This document shows, piece after piece, positions 60,358 to 64,000 of a DNA stretch of 64,000 nucleotides. Origin of the DNA: Alphaproteobacteria bacterium (GTDB lineage: Bacteria > Pseudomonadota > Alphaproteobacteria > Bin95). The translations under genes and the position numbers were made by a program. Under the pieces are notes generated by a model that saw only the letters and a list, made by a program, of their open reading frames with translations, was not told the origin of the DNA and ran no database searches. The stretch lies in contig CAXXWS020000002.1 in NCBI GenBank assembly GCA_963665325.3, positions 800,001-864,000 of the forward strand, written 5' to 3'. How positions within the stretch are numbered: the stretch's first letter is position 1; each line of letters opens with the position of its first letter.

Positions 60358-60993
60358 CTACCCGCCCAAGATCCTGGCCCTCTGTCTCTTGGCTTCGAGA
60401 TCGGCAGTTTCCGAGTCCCGGGCGGTTTCGACGGCCTTTATCCTGTTGCGGCAATCGCGCGTAAGCGGCTCAGTGCATTTCCTGTCGATTCGAGCAATTG
60501 CAGCCGCTGCGTCCCCCCGGACTTTCGCCTTCAGGCGGTCGTAATGCCGGTCCCGTTTCCTTGTGCTGTCGAACGAGAGGGGCGCAAGGAAGAGCGTTAT
60601 CGAGGGCGGGTATTCGTGCGTCGCGCTTGTGCCGGCATCCAGGGCAAGGCCGATCGGACCCTTGACCACGACCTCGCCGACGGTCAAATCGCGGCGGGAT
60701 GCAGCCAGCACAGCGGTTTCGTCTTCGTGCAGCGCCTTGGAACAACGAACCGAAATATGGTGTCGGCTGTTCTCCACATGCAGAAGGCCCGGAGACGGGG
60801 TGACAACGCCGACGGTAGCGCCGTTCCGGCTCAGCACGCAATAAGCGCCCGGTGGGTCCGTAAAGACCGTAACGGGCTGTTCTGCACGGTCTATGACTCC
60901 GAAACAGGCCGGAAGGAAAATCACGCCGGCACAAGCCGCAATCCTGCAAAGAACCGGCACGGCACGACGGACGGGAAGAAGCGGCCTTTTCAT
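60358..60993 (-). CDS. Hypothetical lipoprotein
   Basis: Basic N-terminus, hydrophobic stretch, lipobox-like LPAC, then TDPPGAYCVLSR beta-rich domain; start inferred. Confidence 0.65.
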   Translation of the reverse strand: MKRPLLPVRRAVPVLCRIAACAGVIFLPACFGVIDRAEQPVTVFTDPPGAYCVLSRNGATVGVVTPSPGLLHVENSRHHISVRCSKALHEDETAVLAASRRDLTVGEVVVKGPIGLALDAGTSATHEYPPSITLFLAPLSFDSTRKRDRHYDRLKAKVRGDAAAAIARIDRKCTEPLTRDCRNRIKAVETARDSETADLEAKRQRARILGG

Positions 60994-61120
60994 CGTCTCT
61001 TGCCGACGGGCAGCGGTTACTAGGATCGACCGCCGGAACCTAGCAACGATTCGCCATATCGGCGCCACCCCTTCGGCGCAGGGGCGGCTCCGGCATCGGC
61101 CCAAGGTGACGAAAGAGGAT

Positions 61121-61981
61121 TCAGCGTCCCGGCCGGGCTTCGCGCATGGCGATGTAGATCGCGCTCGCGAAGACGAGGATGCCGCCGGCAACGGTCCAGA
61201 CGTCGGGGATTTCCGCGTAAAGCAGGAAGCCGTTCAGCGCCGCGAAGGGCAGCCGGAGGAAGTCGAACGGCATGACGGTGCCGGCTTCGCCAGTTGCGAG
61301 CGAGCGCGTCAGGCACATATGCGCAGCGAAGCCCGAGCCTGCAAGCAGCGCAATCCAGGGCAACGCTTCCGGCGTCGGCGTTGTCCACACGAATGCCGTC
61401 GGGACGGCGGAGAAGACGAGCAGCAGCAGATTTACGGTGAAGACCATGCGGGTCGGGGATTCCGTGTCCGCCATCGTCTTCACGCAGATATTGCTGACTG
61501 CGTAGAACAAGGCCGCTCCGAGCAGCATGGCCGTAGGCAGGCCGACGGCTGCGAAGCCCGGCCGGACGATCACCAGTACCCCGGCAAAGCCGGCAAGCGT
61601 CGCCAGCCAGCGGCGGATGCCGGGGCGCTCGGCGAACAGCAGCATCGCCAGCAGGATGGTGAACAGCGGATAGGCCGACTGGATCGCGACCGCGTCGGCA
61701 AGCGGCACGACCCCGATCGCATGGAACCACATAGTCATGGCGGCGAAGGTGCTGACCCCGCGCAGCAAATTTGGCCAGGGCCGCCGGATGCGCACCGCGT
61801 CCCGGCCGGCCCGGAGCGCCCAGGGAACCAGCAGGGCCGTCGAGAAGAGGCAGCGGAAGAACAGGATTTCCGGCGTCGGCAGGCTCGTCGACAGCTCGCG
61901 AACGCAAACGACGAGCAGGCTGAAGGACGCCGCGGCGCCGATCATCCAGGCAACGGCGCCAAGATTGCGTTGAGGCGGCAT
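61121..61981 (-). CDS. DMT/EamA family transporter
   Basis: About 10 TM segments; EILFFR, LLFAERPGIRRW, GVLVIVRPG, PFDFLRL. Confidence 0.9.
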   Translation of the reverse strand: MPPQRNLGAVAWMIGAAASFSLLVVCVRELSTSLPTPEILFFRCLFSTALLVPWALRAGRDAVRIRRPWPNLLRGVSTFAAMTMWFHAIGVVPLADAVAIQSAYPLFTILLAMLLFAERPGIRRWLATLAGFAGVLVIVRPGFAAVGLPTAMLLGAALFYAVSNICVKTMADTESPTRMVFTVNLLLLVFSAVPTAFVWTTPTPEALPWIALLAGSGFAAHMCLTRSLATGEAGTVMPFDFLRLPFAALNGFLLYAEIPDVWTVAGGILVFASAIYIAMREARPGR

Positions 61982-62002
61982 GAAGGTGGACCGTCAGGCC
62001 GC

Positions 62003-63217
62003 TCAGTGCCGCCCCAGAGTCCCGCTTTCGCGCAGTGAGGCGATCCGGGCGTCGTCGTATCCGAGGCCGCGCAGCACCGCTTCGGTGTCGTTGCCGTGGA
62101 GCGGTGGCGGCGCGGAATCGATGCTGACAGGCGTGTCGCTGAAATGGATGGGGGAGCCCAGTATCCGGATCGGCCCGGCGGAGGGGTGTTCGATGGTTCG
62201 CACCATGCCTCGATGGCCAACCTCCTCCGATTCGAGCGCTTCCGCGATGGTCCGCACGGGCCCGGCGGGCAGGTGGCGCATCTTCGACAGCCAGTGCTCT
62301 CGCGATTCGGAGCCGAAGATATCGTTCAGGAGCGCGAACAGTTCCGGCCGGTGCGCTAGCCGTGCAGCCGGTGAAGCGAAGCGCGGATCGTCCGGCAGGT
62401 CGGGGCGGTCAAGCACGTCCCGGCATAGCTGGCCGAACAGCCGGTCGGTGCCGAGCGCCATGTAGAGCGGGCCGTCGGCCGCCTGGAACAGATTGGTGGG
62501 CGTCGAGGTGATGTGGCTGTTGCCTGTACGGGGCGGTGGTTCGCCGCTGCACAGATAGTAGAGGCCCGCATTGCCGAGCGCGGCCACGGCGACATCGGCG
62601 AGCGCGAGCTCGATATACTGGCCCCGGCCGGTATCCCGGCGCGCGAGCAGGGCCGCATTGACGGAGGCGGCGGCATAAAGCGCCGTCATCGTGTCGATGA
62701 GCGAGAGCGGGTGGCGCATCGGCCGTCCGTCCGGCTCGCCGGTCAGCGACATCATGCCGAATTCGGCCTGCAATACCGGGTCGAAGCCGGGGCGGTCCGC
62801 CATCGGCCCGTCCTGCCCGTATGCGGAGACGGAGAGATAGATCAGCCGCGGGAACCGTTCGGCGAGGGAGGTGTAGTCGAGGCCGAAGCGCTTCATCACG
62901 CCCACGCGGAAATTCTCGACCACGATATCCGCATCCGCCAGCAGGTCGAACACGACTTCCTTGCCTTCCGGCGTGCGGACATCGAGGGCGATGCTCTTCT
63001 TGTTGCGGTTGAAGGCGAGGAAGAAATGGCTTTCTCCCGCCGCGCCGGGCTCCGCCATGCGCCTCGTGTCGTCGCCGGTCGCCGGGTTCTCGATCTTGAC
63101 GACTTCGGCGCCCATATCGGCGAGAACCTGCGTGCAGAGCGGCCCCGCGATGATGCGCGAGAAATCCACCACCTTGATGCCCCGGAGCGGGGGCGTGCCC
63201 GATTGCGGCACTGGCAT
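62003..63217 (-). CDS. CaiB/BaiF family (class III) CoA transferase
   Basis: VVDFSRIIAGP, GDDTR, NRNKKSI, ENFR, GFDPVLQA; start could be 63232. Confidence 0.92.
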   Translation of the reverse strand: MPVPQSGTPPLRGIKVVDFSRIIAGPLCTQVLADMGAEVVKIENPATGDDTRRMAEPGAAGESHFFLAFNRNKKSIALDVRTPEGKEVVFDLLADADIVVENFRVGVMKRFGLDYTSLAERFPRLIYLSVSAYGQDGPMADRPGFDPVLQAEFGMMSLTGEPDGRPMRHPLSLIDTMTALYAAASVNAALLARRDTGRGQYIELALADVAVAALGNAGLYYLCSGEPPPRTGNSHITSTPTNLFQAADGPLYMALGTDRLFGQLCRDVLDRPDLPDDPRFASPAARLAHRPELFALLNDIFGSESREHWLSKMRHLPAGPVRTIAEALESEEVGHRGMVRTIEHPSAGPIRILGSPIHFSDTPVSIDSAPPPLHGNDTEAVLRGLGYDDARIASLRESGTLGRH

Positions 63218-63270
63218 GTCGTATCCGTTCATGTTCCGGGGAATGGGCTGGCGGTACGAGGCGGCCGGCG

Positions 63271-64000
63271 TCAGCCGAATTCGTTGTCGTGCCGGGCCAG
63301 ATAGCTGACAATGCGGTGCAGCGCGGTTTCCAGCTGCTCTCCGGAGCGCGCGAAACAAAGGCGGAAGTTCTCTTCGTTGCCAGGTCCGAAGGTGAAGCCG
63401 GGCGCGGTGCCGACATCCTCCTCCGCCAGCAGGCCCTGCGAGAAATCCATGCTTGAGCGAAGCCCCCGCAGGCGCGGGAAGGCGTAGAACGCGCCCTCCG
63501 GCATGTGCAGGTCGATACGCGGGTGGGGGGCGAGTATCTCCATCACCGAGTCTCGCCCGGCGCGGTAGCGTTCGCGCAACTCCCGCACCAGCGGTTCGCC
63601 CTGTTCGAGCGCGGCGATCCCGGCGCTCTGCACGATGGGCGGCGCGCCGGTATTGGCGCATTCCGAATAGGCGGCCATCTGCTCCCGGTAGCCGGAGGGC
63701 ACCACCATCCAGCCGAGCCGCCAGCCGGTCATCGCAAACGCCTTGGAGAAGCCGTTGACGACGATCAACGGGTCGTCCGGAGCCGCGATCTGGAGGAAGG
63801 AGGGCGCGGCGTCGCCGTCGAATATGTTGCGGTGATAGACCTCGTCCGCGAGGATGACGATGCCCCGCTCCCGGCAGAAGTCGAGCAGGCGCCGCTGTTC
63901 TGTCGCCGGCATGACCCATCCGGTCGGGTTGCAGGGCGTGTTGATGAACAGCGCGCGGGTGTTCGGGCGCGCGGCGGCGTAAACGTCTTCCAAATCCAGC
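63271..64000 (-). CDS. Class I/II PLP-dependent aminotransferase, C-terminal part (runs off window)
   Basis: NTPCNPTG, ADEVY, NGFSKAFAMTGWRLG, GAFYAF, RLCFA. Confidence 0.92.
   Translation of the reverse strand, partial: LDLEDVYAAARPNTRALFINTPCNPTGWVMPATEQRRLLDFCRERGIVILADEVYHRNIFDGDAAPSFLQIAAPDDPLIVVNGFSKAFAMTGWRLGWMVVPSGYREQMAAYSECANTGAPPIVQSAGIAALEQGEPLVRELRERYRAGRDSVMEILAPHPRIDLHMPEGAFYAFPRLRGLRSSMDFSQGLLAEEDVGTAPGFTFGPGNEENFRLCFARSGEQLETALHRIVSYLARHDNEFG

Overview
High-GC (roughly 68-70% by eye) alphaproteobacterial chromosome segment, probably Rhodospirillales-like judging by conserved gene order. It has two parts. (1) A core backbone: thrS (partial), tRNA-Ala(GGC), aroA-cmk-rpsA-sppA-ihfB-lapA-trpFBA-accD-folC, trxA-addAB-murU-amgK-tsaE, glyQS-ppdK, gpmA, nrdB and mcd. 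(2) Many accessory catabolic genes. The strongest candidate for an undescribed system is an operon at about 1.5-8.8 kb with four tandem, translationally coupled ureohydrolase (arginase/agmatinase-fold) paralogs. Only the last keeps the binuclear metal ligands, which suggests a heteromeric hydrolase with three pseudoenzyme subunits. The operon also encodes two class II aldolases, a PhyH-type dioxygenase and an atypical Ldh_2 reductase. A second candidate is a 1.5-kb islet between folC and trxA. It carries a stand-alone IS630-derived HTH gene with a perfect alphaproteobacterial LexA box, a TATAAT hexamer and an SD sequence, next to a decayed Uma2 nuclease pseudogene that the ORF track misses. 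No CRISPR array, rRNA, integrase or complete IS was seen. All functional calls come from motif recognition by eye; no database searches were run.
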